The notes beneath the pieces are model-generated. The model was given only the letters and a program-made list of their open reading frames with translations. It was not told the DNA's origin and searched no databases. The position numbers were made by a program, and so were the translations under genes. This document shows positions 23,429-35,015 of a DNA stretch of 64,000 nt, one piece after another (the stretch's first letter is position 1; every line of letters starts with the position of its first letter). Source of the stretch: Eledone cirrhosa (lineage: Eukaryota); assembly GCA_964016885.1 (NCBI GenBank), contig OZ024762.1, positions 16,182,001 through 16,246,000 on the forward strand. Direction: 5' to 3'.

Positions 23429-25225
23429 ATCTTAGCCTTTCATATTTTTGTCATGGGTAAATAAAGTCTCAGGACCGCACAACCTAATGGTTAGGATGTA
23501 AGACTTATGGCCATAATGTCGGTGGTTCAATTCCTGGACAGAGTGCTGCATTGTGTTCTTGAGCAAAACACTTTATTCCACGTTGCACCAGTATACTTGG
23601 TTGAGAGCGAGTACCAGCAGTAGCTGGGGAGTTAATCCTAACATAGACCAGCTTCCCGTCCAGGGAGGAGTCTTGTACTCTCAGTTGCTTATCACCAAGG
23701 AAACCGGGGATAGGCACTTGGTCAATGAGCCTTCAACTTAGAACAGACTTTAACCAAGTACCAGCAGTTATCTTGGAAGCAGTGGATTAGCAGAAGTGTT
23801 AAAGAATTGTAAATGATGCTTTGTGGCGTCTAGTCTGACTCCAACATTTCTAGGTTATCTTGATTCCTGTTGCCAGGAGTTGTGACTGGTAGATGATAGA
23901 CTCAGCAATGCAAAGATTAACTGAAAAATTGTTTCCTTGGTCTGATCTGACCATTGTCTCATTTGATTCCTGTTGTGACTGGCAGATGATAGACTCAGCA
24001 ATGGAAAGATTAACTGAAAAATTGTTTCCTTGGTCTGAGCTGACCATTGTCTCATTTGAATGACTACTAGAAACATTTTTTCTTTGGTTCAATCTGACAA
24101 TGACTAGGTAGCAAATTGGTAGAGTTGTTACAATGTCAGGTAGAATAGTTTGCAGTATGTGTTATGGATTTCTGTGTTTTGAGCTGAAAAGCATCCATGA
24201 TCAGCTTTGCTCTTCATCTTTTCGAGGTCAATAAAAAAAGTACCAATCTGCTACTGGGATTTATTCTTCCTCTATATCTCTTTCTCATTTCCTCTCTATC
24301 ACACACACACACTCTCTCTGTCTCTCTCTGGAAGAAATCAGGTGTGTTCAGACCTGGTAAGAGGACGGGCTGTGCCAGGATTTAAAGTTCCCATGATAGG
24401 TGTGTCATTATGGTACTCCTATGACTCCATCAGGAGTTACGAGTCAATACAAATCAGTCATGACTAACCATGGGGTTGGACGACACATGAAATATTCCTC
24501 TCCAAGGTGTTTTGTGAAAGACCGACAGTCAGCCATGCATGTCAGTTTCCCTGCCCATATCCAGGAAAGGTTTTAGATAAATACAAATAGTTTTGTATTC
24601 TAGAACTAAAGAGGTGGTTTGATATTAATAGGATTCATTTTAAATGATTGAAGGATCTTATATAAATATAAACAGGTGAAAGCATGTGGCTTAGTGGACA
24701 AGGTGTTGGACTTACGATCATAATGTTGTGGGTTCGATTCCTGGGCTACATGTTGTGTACTTGAGCAAAACACTTCATTTCACGTTGCTCCAGTATACTT
24801 AGCTGAAAATGAGTACCAGCAATAGCTGGGGGATTAACCCTACGATGGACTGGCGTCCTGTCCAGTGGGCAGTCTTGCACTCTCAGTCGCTTCACACCAT
24901 GAAACCGGGATAAGCACCAGCCAAATGAGCCTTCTGGCTTAAGGCAGACTTTAGACTTAGACAGGTGAAGGCATGTGGCTAAGTAGTTAGAGCATTGGAT
25001 TCACAATTGTGAGATAGTGTGTTCAATTCCTGGACTGGGTGATGTGTTATGTCCTTGAGCAAGACACTTTATTTCACGTTGCTCTTTCTGCCAGGAGTTG
25101 CAACCAGTAGATAATATCAGCAATGGAAGATCAATGAAAACAATGTTTCTTTGGTCTGATTTAACAAACTCCACCTCACATGGTAAGCAAATGTGGTCTA
25201 GGATCTTATTGATCAATTCCTAAAC

Positions 25226-26890
25226 TAACCCTTTAGCATTTAAACTGGCCGTATCCAGCTAGAATTCTCTCACCTCTTTCTATTCAAACTGGCCATAACC
25301 TGCTGCTCATACTTATGTTAAGGTATTGTTCTCAAAATTAATAATATCAAAATCTAGATTCAATATTATGTAAGATAATTATGTGAGATAAAGTGTTTAC
25401 CATGAAAATATAATAGTATATATAGAGTAATGTAAATGTTATGTGAGATAAAGCCTTTACCATGAAAATATAATAGTGTATATAGAGTAATGTAAATGTT
25501 ATGTGAGATAAAGCCTTTACCATGAAAATATAATAGTGTATATAGAGTAATGTAAATGTTATGTGAGATAAAGCCTTTACCATCAAAATATAATAGTATA
25601 TATAGAGTAATGTAAATGTTATGTGAGATAAAGCCTTTACCATGAAAATATAATAGTGTATATAGAGTAATGTAAATGTTATGTGAGATAAAGCCTTTAC
25701 CATGAAAATATAATAGTGTATATAGAGTAATGTAAATGTTATGTGAGATAAAGCCTTTACCATGAAAATATAATAGTGTATATAGAGTAATGTAAATGTT
25801 ATGTGAGATAAAGCCTTTACCATGAAAATATAATAGTGTATATAGAGTAATGTAAATGTTATGTGAGATAAAGCCTTTACCATGAAAATATAATAGTGTA
25901 TATTGAGTAATGTAAATGTTATGTGAGATAAAGCCTTTACCATGAAAATATAATAGTGTATATAGAGTAATGTAAATGTTATGTGAGATAAAGCCTTTAC
26001 CATGAAAATATAATAGTGTATATAGAGTAATGTAAATGTTATGTGAGATAAAGCCTTTACCATGAAAATATAATAGTGTATATAGAGTAATGTAAATGTT
26101 ATGTGAGATAAAGCCTTTACCATGAAAATATAATAGTGTATATAGAGTAATGTAAATGTTATGTGAGATAAAGCCTTTACCATGAAAATATAATAGTGTA
26201 TATTGAGTAATGTAAATGTTATGTGAGATAAAGCCTTTACCATGAAAATATAATAGTGTATATAGAGTAATGTAAATGTTATGTGAGATAAAGCCTTTAC
26301 CATGAAAATATAATAGTGTATATAGAGTAATGTAAATGTTATGTGAGATAAAGCCTTTACCATCAAAATATAATAGTATATATAGAGTAATGTAAATGTT
26401 ATGTGAGATAAAGCCTTTACCATGAAAATATAATAGTGTATATAGAGTAATGTAAATGTTATGTGAGATAAAGCCTTTACCATGAAAATATAATAGTGTA
26501 TATAGAGTAATGTAAATGTTATGTGAGATAAAGCCTTTACCATGAAAATATAATAGTGTATATAGAGTAATGTAAATGTTATGTGAGATAAAGCCTTTAC
26601 CATCAAAATATAATAGTGTATATAGAGTAATGTAAATGTTATGTGAGATAAAGCCTTTACCATCAAAATATAATAGTGTATATAGAGTAATGTAAATGTT
26701 ATGTGAGATAAAGCCTTTACCATCAAAATATAATAGTGTATATAGAGTAATGTAAATGTTATGTGAGATAAAGCCTTTACCATCAAAATATAATAGTGTA
26801 TATAGAGTAATGTAAATGTTATGTGAGATAAAGCCTTTACCATCAAAATATAATAGTGTATATAGAGTAATGTAAATGTTAAAGGGTTAA
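25226..26890 (+). mobile_element. TTAA MITE with an internal 60-bp unit amplified 25 times (25381-26880)
   Basis: Left end TAACCCTTTAGCATTTAAA, right end TAAATGTTAAAGGGTTAA; unit ATGTGAGATAAAGCCTTTACCATGAAAATATAATAGTGTATATAGAGTAATGTAAATGTT. Confidence 0.9.
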
Positions 26891-27048
26891 AAAAAAACAG
26901 TTTTGTATTGTAAAAGTGGGAGGTTTGGTATTAAAAGTTAAATTACAAGGGAACAACTTTATTTCTATAAATGCTAACGAGTTGTTTATTATCATTTAAA
27001 ATTTTTTCTATTTTCCTTATCTTACTTTTTTTCTTCCATTTTTTCCAG

Positions 27049-29071
27049 AACGGCTTCACCACTCTTCCTTATGCTGAAAAACAACTCGTTAGTGAAGTGT
27101 CTGCTTTGCTGAACCATAACAAGCAGTTGTTAACTCGGGTGGACCAGTTGGAAGTAGAAGTTCAGGAGTTGGAGAAGAGGCATGGGGACATCGTCTCGCT
27201 GCATCAACAAGACTCAGCAGCCGCTCGCAGTGGAGGGGGGGCATCGACAGTCGCAGCCGATGCCAACCCTCGTAACAACAACAACAACAACAATAATAAA
27301 GATGATGAAGAATGCGAGCGGCAAGAGAAAGTGGACATCAAATCTCATCCCGTCAACACCGTCACTGTAGACAACAGTAAGAAACCACTCGAGAAATCTG
27401 CTAGGAAGAGTTCAGAAGCGGCCAAGGAGGAGGAGGAGGAGAAGAGCGAGGAGGAGGAGGAGGACGAGGAAGAAGAGGAGGAGGAGGAGGAAGAGGACGA
27501 TGATGACGAAGACGAAGACGAGGATGATGACGACGACGACGATGACGATGACGACGACGACGACGATGACGACAATGAAGAGCCGATTGAAAAAACTGTG
27601 AAGAGTCAAGTGTTCAAACCTGAAAATGGCAATAAGAAATCACCTGTGGTGTGTAAAACTGAGGAGAACCGAACGAGGCAGGACAACAGCTTGTCTGTCC
27701 ACTCGCATGAGCACAAGACTTCGGAAGAATCGAGGGACAATTCCTCGTCGTCTCATTCATTATCATCATCTCACTCATCATCATCCCACTCATTGTATAA
27801 ACCAAACGGAAACAGAGAGCCGGTTACTATTTCAGTGTCAAAGTCATCTTACAAATCAAACTCCCATCATTCACCTGACTACAAGGACAAACATAGTAGC
27901 GGCTCGCACAAAAGCTCAAGTGAGTTGAAAGAGAAGAAAGCTCTTTCCTGCAGCAGTCGCATCCGTAACGGTGTGGTGAGTGATGCTGTGAAACACAGTG
28001 GTGGTGGTGGTGGTGGTGGTGGTGGTGGCAGTAGCAGTCAGATGATGCCGAGTAAGAGTAGTTGCTCGGAACATAAGGTTGCCTTCACTAACGCTAAATC
28101 TCCGTTGAAACTGCGTATAACCAGCAAATGCCTGGACGGGAGTGGAGAGAAGAACGGGCCGCCTACGTATGTTATCACACCTGTGTCCGATTCCCATCAT
28201 CATCAGCACTCACCTGTTAGCCGTCCTAGCAGTCGCAGTAGTTCTGAGTCTGCCAGCACCAACAGTGATGAGACCCATCAGAACCCCTGCACGCTGAAGA
28301 TCAGCTCTGTTGCCCTCAACCGGCAGAACAGCTCCAAGAACACCGAGTATACGAAACTGAACTCTCCGCAGTCGAGTTCCACGTCTGAAAGGTATAGTCC
28401 TTTCTCTGAGTACTCTTCAGGCACGTCTAGTAAGAGCTCCAAGAGCTACTGCTGTAAACGTTCCATCCAGTCGATGGGAGGGACAAAGATCTCCATCTTG
28501 AAGACGTCGACACGAGACTGCGACTTCCAGGTGTCCCCTGCCAATGCGGGTTCTGCCTCCCACTCACACTCACACTCAGCCTCGGCACGGGAGTGTGACT
28601 TCCAGGTATCGCCTTCCGCCGCGGGGGTCAACTACACCTCGCACACGGCTTCGGCGCGGGACTGCGACTTCCAAGCGTCGTCTCCCTCCCCCGCCGGCGC
28701 CACTTACTCCTCGCACTTGCACTCGCACTCGCACTCCCACTCCCACTCCCACTCGGAGAAGCGCAAGGAGAAGAAGAAGCACTCGTCTGGCAAATCTCAC
28801 CACAAGCATTCACATGCGAACGAGTCGAAACAGTCAAACAGTGATAATGTGAAGAATGAATGTGAGCCTTACTCCATGGACACCACCACCACCACGACCT
28901 CCACCTCCTCCACACCCCTCACCAGTATCACAGGCCCCACCGGCACCACATCTGCTGTTACTCTGCCATCAATTTCCACTCAGCTTCATGTAATGTCTTC
29001 AGATTCTTCAGGCCAGTCAACACACACAGACTTCAGTCCACGCAGATCCAGCTCTGTGAGCTCAAGTGCAG
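27049..29071 (+). CDS. DOT1L: DOT1L large exon (end of coiled coil plus long low-complexity region)
   Basis: ttttccag/gttagt, 2023 nt, phase 0-1. Starts NGFTTLPYAEKQLVSEVSALLNHNKQLLTRVDQLEVEVQELE (compare DOT1L EISAHNQQLREQSEQLEQD), then acidic, Ser-rich and His-rich tracts; GC-rich codon-like composition. Confidence 0.9.
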
Positions 29072-29104
29072 GTTAGTATTTAATTGATTGTTTAATTTCA
29101 GGTC

Positions 29105-29456
29105 GTGTGTGTGTGTGTGTGTCTGTCTGTCTGTGTATATCTATATCTGTTCTGTCTGTGTGTGTGTGTGTCTGTCTGTGTATATCTATATCTGTTCTGT
29201 CTGTGTGTGTGTGTGTGTGTGTCTGTCTGTCTGTGTATATCTATATCTGTTCTGTCTGTGTGTGTGTGTGTGTCTGTCTGTGTATATCTATATCTGTTCT
29301 GTCTGTGTGTGTGTGTGTGTGTGTCTGTCTGTGTATATCTATATCTGTTCTGTCTGTGTGTGTGTGTGTGTGTGTCTGTCTGTCTGTGTATATCTATATC
29401 TGTTCTGTCTGTGTGTGTGTGTGTGTCTGTCTGTCTGTGTATATCTATATCTGTTC

Positions 29457-29487
<31 letters not shown>

Positions 29488-29513
29488 CTGTCTGTGTATA
29501 TCTATATCTGTTC

Positions 29514-29544
<31 letters not shown>

Positions 29545-30149
29545 CTGTCTGTGTATATCTATATCTGTTCTGTCTGTGTGTGTGTGTGTGTGTCTGTCTG
29601 TCTGTGTATATCTATATCTGTTCTGTCTGTGTGTGTGTGTGTGTGTGTCTGTCTGTGTATATCTATATCTGTTCTGTGTGTGTGTGTGTGTCTGTCTGTC
29701 TGTCTGTGTATATCTATATCTGTTCTGTCTGTGTGTGTGTGTGTGTCTGTCTGTGTATATCTATATCTGTTCTGTCTGTGTGTGTGTGTGTGTCTGTCTG
29801 TGTATATCTATATCTGTTCTGTCTGTGTGTGTGTGTGTGTCTGTCTGTCTGTGTGTGTGTGTGTGTGTGTCTGTGTGTATATCTATATCTGTTCTGTCTG
29901 TGTGTGTGTGTGTGTGTGTCTGTCTGTGTATATCTATATCTGTTCTGTGTGTGTGTGTGTGTCTGTCTGTCTGTCTGTGTATATCTATATCTGTTCTGTC
30001 TGTGTGTGTGTGTGTGTGTGTCTGTCTGTGTATATCTATATCTGTTCTGTCTGTGTGTGTGTGTGTGTGTGTCTGTCTGTGTATATCTATATCTGTTCTG
30101 TCTGTGTGTGTGTGTGTGTGTGTCTGTCTGTGTATATCTATATCTGTTC

Positions 30150-30180
<31 letters not shown>

Positions 30181-32230
30181 CTGTCTGTGTATATCTATAT
30201 CTGTTCTGTCTGTGTGTGTGTGTGTGTGTCTGTCTGTCTGTGTATATCTATATCTGTTCTGTCTGTGTGTGTGTGTGTGTGTGTCTGTCTGTGTATATCT
30301 ATATCTGTTCTGTGTGTGTGTGTGTGTCTGTCTGTCTGTCTGTGTATATCTATATCTGTTCTGTCTGTGTGTGTGTGTGTGTCTGTCTGTCTGTGTATAT
30401 CTATATCTGTTCTGTCTGTGTGTGTGTGTGTGTCTGTCTGTGTATATCTATATCTGTTCTGTCTGTGTGTGTGTGTGTGTCTGTCTGTCTGTGTGTGTGT
30501 GTGTGTGTGTCTGTGTGTATATCTATATCTGTTCTGTCTGTGTGTGTGTGTGTGTGTGTCTGTCTGTGTATATCTATATCTGTTCTGTGTGTGTGTGTGT
30601 GTCTGTCTGTCTGTCTGTGTATATCTATATCTGTTCTGTCTGTGTGTGTGTGTGTGTGTGTCTGTCTGTGTATATCTATATCTGTTCTGTCTGTGTGTGT
30701 GTGTGTGTGTGTCTGTCTGTGTATATCTATATCTGTTCTGTCTGTGTGTGTGTGTGTGTGTGTGTCTGTCTGTCTGTGTATATCTATATCTGTTCTGTCT
30801 GTGTGTGTGTGTGTGTCTGTCTGTCTGTGTATATCTATATCTGTTCTGTCTGTGTGTGTGTGTGTGTGTGTCTGTCTGTGTATATCTATATCTGTTCTGT
30901 CTGTGTGTGTGTGTGTGTGTCTGTCTGTGTATATCTATATCTGTTCTGTCTGTGTGTGTGTGTGTGTCTGTCTGTGTATATCTATATCTGTTCTGTCTGT
31001 GTGTGTGTGTGTGTCTGTCTGTCTGTGTATATCTATATCTGTTCTGTCTGTGTGTGTGTGTGTGTCTGTCTGTCTGTGTATATCTATATCTGTTCTGTCG
31101 GTGTGTGTGTGTGTGTGTGTCTGTCTGTCTGTGTATATCTATATCTGTTCTGTCTGTGTGTGTGTGTGTGTCTGTCTGTCTGTGTATATCTATATCTGTT
31201 CTGTCGGTGTGTGTGTGTGTGTGTGTCTGTCTGTCTGTGTATATCTATATCTGTTCTGTCTGTGTGTGTGTGTGTGTCTGTCTGTCTGTGTATATCTATA
31301 TCTGTTCTGTCTGTGTGTGTGTGTGTGTCTGTCTGTCTGTGTATATCTATATCTGTTCTGTCTGTGTGTGTGTGTGTCTGTCTGTCTGTGTATATCTATA
31401 TCTGTTCTGTCTGTGTGTGTGTGTGTGTGTGTGTCTGTCTGTGTATATCTATATCTGTTCTGTCTGTGTGTGTGTGTCTGTCTGTCTGTGTATATCTATA
31501 TCTGTTCTGTCTGTGTGTGTGTGTGTGTGTGTGTCTGTCTGTGTATATCTATATCTGTTCTGTCTGTGTGTGTGTGTGTCTGTCTGTATATCTATATCTG
31601 TTGTGTGTGTGTGTCTGTCTGTGTACATCTATATCTGTTCTGTCTGTGTGTGTGTGTGTGTGTGTCTGTCTGTGTATATCTATATCTGTTCTGTCTGTGT
31701 GTGTGTGTGTCTGTCTGTATATCTATATCTGTTGTGTGTGTGTGTCTGTCTGTGTACATCTATATCTGTTGTGTGTGTGTGTGTGTGTGTGTCTGTCTGT
31801 ATATCTATATCTGTTCTGTGTGTGTGTGTGTCTGTCTGTGTACATCTATATCTGCTCTGTGTGTGTGTGTGTGTATACATCTATATCTGTTCTGTGTGTC
31901 TGTGTACATCTATATCTGTTCTGTGTGTGTGTGTGTGTGTGTCTGTCTGTATATCTGTTCTGTGTGAGTGTGTATGTGTGTCTATGTTTGTGTGTGTATA
32001 TGTGTCTGTTTGTGTGTGAGTGTGTGTCTGTATATGTGTATGTTTGTGTGTGTGTGTGTCTGTGTGTGAGTGTGTGTCTGTATGTGTCTATGTTTGTGTG
32101 TGAGTGTGTCTATGTTTGCGTGTGAGTGTGTCTATGTTTGTGTGTGAGTGTGTGTCTGTTTATGTGTATGTTTGTGTGAGTGTGTGTCTGTTTGTGTGTG
32201 AGTGTGTCTATGTCTGTGTGTGTGTCTGTT
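29105..32230. repeat. Compound (TG)n minisatellite filling the intron
   Basis: Unit GTATATCTATATCTGTTCTGTCT(GT)n(CTGT)m; the ~1000-aa ORFs here are artefacts. Confidence 0.97.
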
Positions 32231-32268
32231 TGCGGTGTAATCTGATGCCATGCTGTTGTAATTGACAG

Positions 32269-33035
32269 GAGGACGAAGTAAACGGCGTAAAGACACTCAT
32301 GAGTCTCCGAAGAAGAAGTGGCAGTTGCAACAACAGCAACAACTTGAAATGGGGAACAATCTGGAAGCTTTGGCCAAGTATGCCTTGTATGATGTGGAAC
32401 GGAGTCGACAGAAGCGGCGCAAGAGCCCCGACAGCGAACTACGTCGCAAACACTCCAAGAAGGATCTTGTTCCAGTTGACCAAGAGGAGCGCAGCAAACA
32501 GAAACACTGCAACTCTGTGGTCAGTGGACCACGAACGCCACCTGGCACGCCGCCATCAGACGTCGCACAAGATGCCATCTCACCTCCCGATTCTCCCATG
32601 ACGGAGCCTTCAAGTAATCCTCATTTGTGGACTGTGTGGAACAGCAGTAGTAGTAACAACAACAACAGCAGCAACAACAACAACAACAACAACAACAATA
32701 ATAGTAGTAATAATAATAGTCTGCTGACCTCGGAGAAGAAGGAGGGGGTATCTTTGGGCAATGTTAATTCAGATCGCGACCATCGAACTTCGTTAGAACA
32801 TAAATCTAGTCCAGCTTCCATTCGCGACAGCACGGACCACCCGAAATCAAATGCTGCCCTTAACAACAACACCAACACCAACACCAACACCAATACTGAC
32901 TCTTTGCACTATCAACATTTCTCTTCGGTCTCCAAGCTTCACAACCCAGCATATTCCACAGATGCTGAGAAATCTTCTACTGAGAAACACTTCAAGAAGC
33001 GCTACTTCTCCAAGACCAAGCAATGGAACCAGCAA

Positions 33036-33068
<33 letters not shown>

Positions 33069-33450
33069 GGGGGAAGCAGCAGCAGCAGCGGGGGCAGCAG
33101 TAGCGGGGGAAGCAGCAGCGGCAGCAGCAGCAAAAGTAAGCGGCTGCACAAACACTGGGAAACTGACTTCTCCACATCTCACGGGAACAGCAGCGAGCCG
33201 ACGGAGAACTACAAAAGTCAGAGCTTCGAAATAGTTAACCGAGGAGATTTAAGTGGCGGCAAGGTGATCCTTAATCGCCTCCTCACGCAGAACAGCGACC
33301 ATGTCTACAGAATCTCGGACTCCCATTCCTTAGAGCAACGAAACACAAACAGTCTACATAGTAAGCATCATAGTAAAGCTTCGTCATTTACTGGCGCTGA
33401 ATTTTCTCAGGGAGATGGAATTCCAGGTGCTGGATCTAGCAAAACTTCCA
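32269..33450 (+). CDS. DOT1L: DOT1L penultimate coding exon (low complexity)
   Basis: gacag/gtaagt, phase 1-1, open throughout (ORF 32262-33467); motifs NLEALAKYA, GPRTPPGTPP, EKHFKKRYF. Assigned to DOT1L by phase continuity, not by recognised homology. Confidence 0.82.
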
Positions 33451-33519
33451 GTAAGTATATATTGTAATTCTACACACACACACACACACACCACACACCA
33501 CACACCACACATACACACC

Positions 33520-33772
33520 ATCATCATCATCATTTTACGTCCGCTTTTTCCCTGCGTACAAGAGTGGGACGGCTCCTATTCAGCACAGCATCTCTCCGCT
33601 CGTCACGGTCCTTCGTCATCTCCTCCGTGAGCTTCAGCAATCTGAGGTCTGCTCTCACCACCTCCGCCCATGTTTTTTGTGGTCTTCCTCTACTGCGTCT
33701 TCTTTCAACTGGCATTTCTTGGCACTTCTTTACCCAGCGGTCATCCTCCATGTGTATCACATGTCCATACCA
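33520..33772 (-). mobile_element. RTE LINE 3' fragment
   Basis: MEDDRWVKKCQEMPVE...RGRPQKTW plus tail; close to 98-350. Confidence 0.9.
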
Positions 33773-33800
33773 TCACATCCCACACACTACAACTTATACA

Positions 33801-33989
33801 TACCATATTTCCCAGCGTCGAAGACGCTACTTTTTTCCTAAAATAAGTCTCAAAAAATCAACCAATGCATCCTGCAGGCCGAAGGTTTATTTATTTTTTT
33901 TTTTTTTTGATATTTTATCGTCAAAATTCGGGTGCGTCCTCGAGGACACACAAAATTAGGGTGTGTCTTCAGCGCCGGGAAATACGGTA
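33801..33989. mobile_element. Tc1/pogo(Tigger)-like MITE
   Basis: Inverted termini TACCATATTTCCCAGCG and CGCCGGGAAATACGGTA with TA at both ends. Confidence 0.75.
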
Positions 33990-34968
33990 TATATATATAT
34001 ATATATATATATGAATGTAAAAGGTAAACAGAAATAACAACACAATCGGTACAGTATATGGAAGGTATATATTAGGTTAATGCTTGATATAGCAGGAAGA
34101 GGGTCTTAACGTTTCGGACGCTAGTCCTTCACCAGAAGAAAGAATGAGAAATGAGATAGATTGAGGGGACGGGAGGGTTGGAATTGGAAAAAATGTCAAC
34201 ATGAATGGACCTATTATTTTTATATAAAGACATCTCTTGCAAAACTGTTGGTGCTGGCGTTTTGTGTATGATTTGTTTTTTTAGAAAAATGGATGATGGA
34301 GCACGTCTACCTGAAATGGAAAAAAAAAACATTTTGTAAAAAGAGCTATACTTGAGCACGTGTGTAAGCATGAGTGTGTGTCTGATAGAGATAGAGAGTG
34401 TGTGTGATAGAGATAGAGTGTGTGTGTGATAGAGATAGTGTGTGTGTGATAGAGATAGAGAGAGAGTGTGTGTGTGTGACAGAGATAGAGAGTGTGTGTG
34501 ATAGAGATAGAGAGTGTGTGTGATAGAGATAGAGAGAGAGTGTGTGTGTGTGACAGAGATAGAGAGTGTGTGTGATAGAGATAGAGAGTGTGTGTGATAG
34601 AGATAGAGAGTGTGTGTGATAGAGATAGAGAGTGTGTGATAGAGATAGTGTGTGTGTGATAGAGATAGAGAGAGAGTGTGTGTGTGATAGAGATAGTGTG
34701 TGTGTGTGACAGAGATAGAGAGTGTGTGTGACAGAGATAGAGAGTGTGTGTAATAGAGATAGAGAGAGTGTGTGTGTGTAATAGAGATAGAGAGAGTGTG
34801 TGTGTGTAATAGAGATAGAGAGAGTGTGTGTGTGATAGAGATAGAGAGAGTGTGTGTGTGTGTGTGATAGAGATAGAGAGAGAGTGTGTGTGTGTGTGGT
34901 AGAGAGAGTATATGTGAGTGTTATGAGGTAGACCAAACCAACTGACATGTCCTTCTCTTGTTTTGCAG

Positions 34969-35015
34969 GACTTTCTACAAATGCCAGCAAGTCTTGTGGC
35001 AACAGGAATTATTGA
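34969..35015 (+). CDS. DOT1L: DOT1L putative terminal coding exon
   Basis: Strong acceptor ccttctcttgttttgcag; phase 1 gives (R)LSTNASKSCGNRNY-TGA; AATAAA at 35115-35120. Confidence 0.7.

Noticed and set aside
25347-26846. 499-aa repeat protein ORF
   Set aside because: It is a stop-free frame of the 60-bp MITE array, antisense within a DOT1L intron.
29088-32125. ~1000-aa Cys/Val-rich ORFs in three frames
   Set aside because: Translation of (TG)n compound repeats; the region is a GT-AG intron between phase-matched exons.
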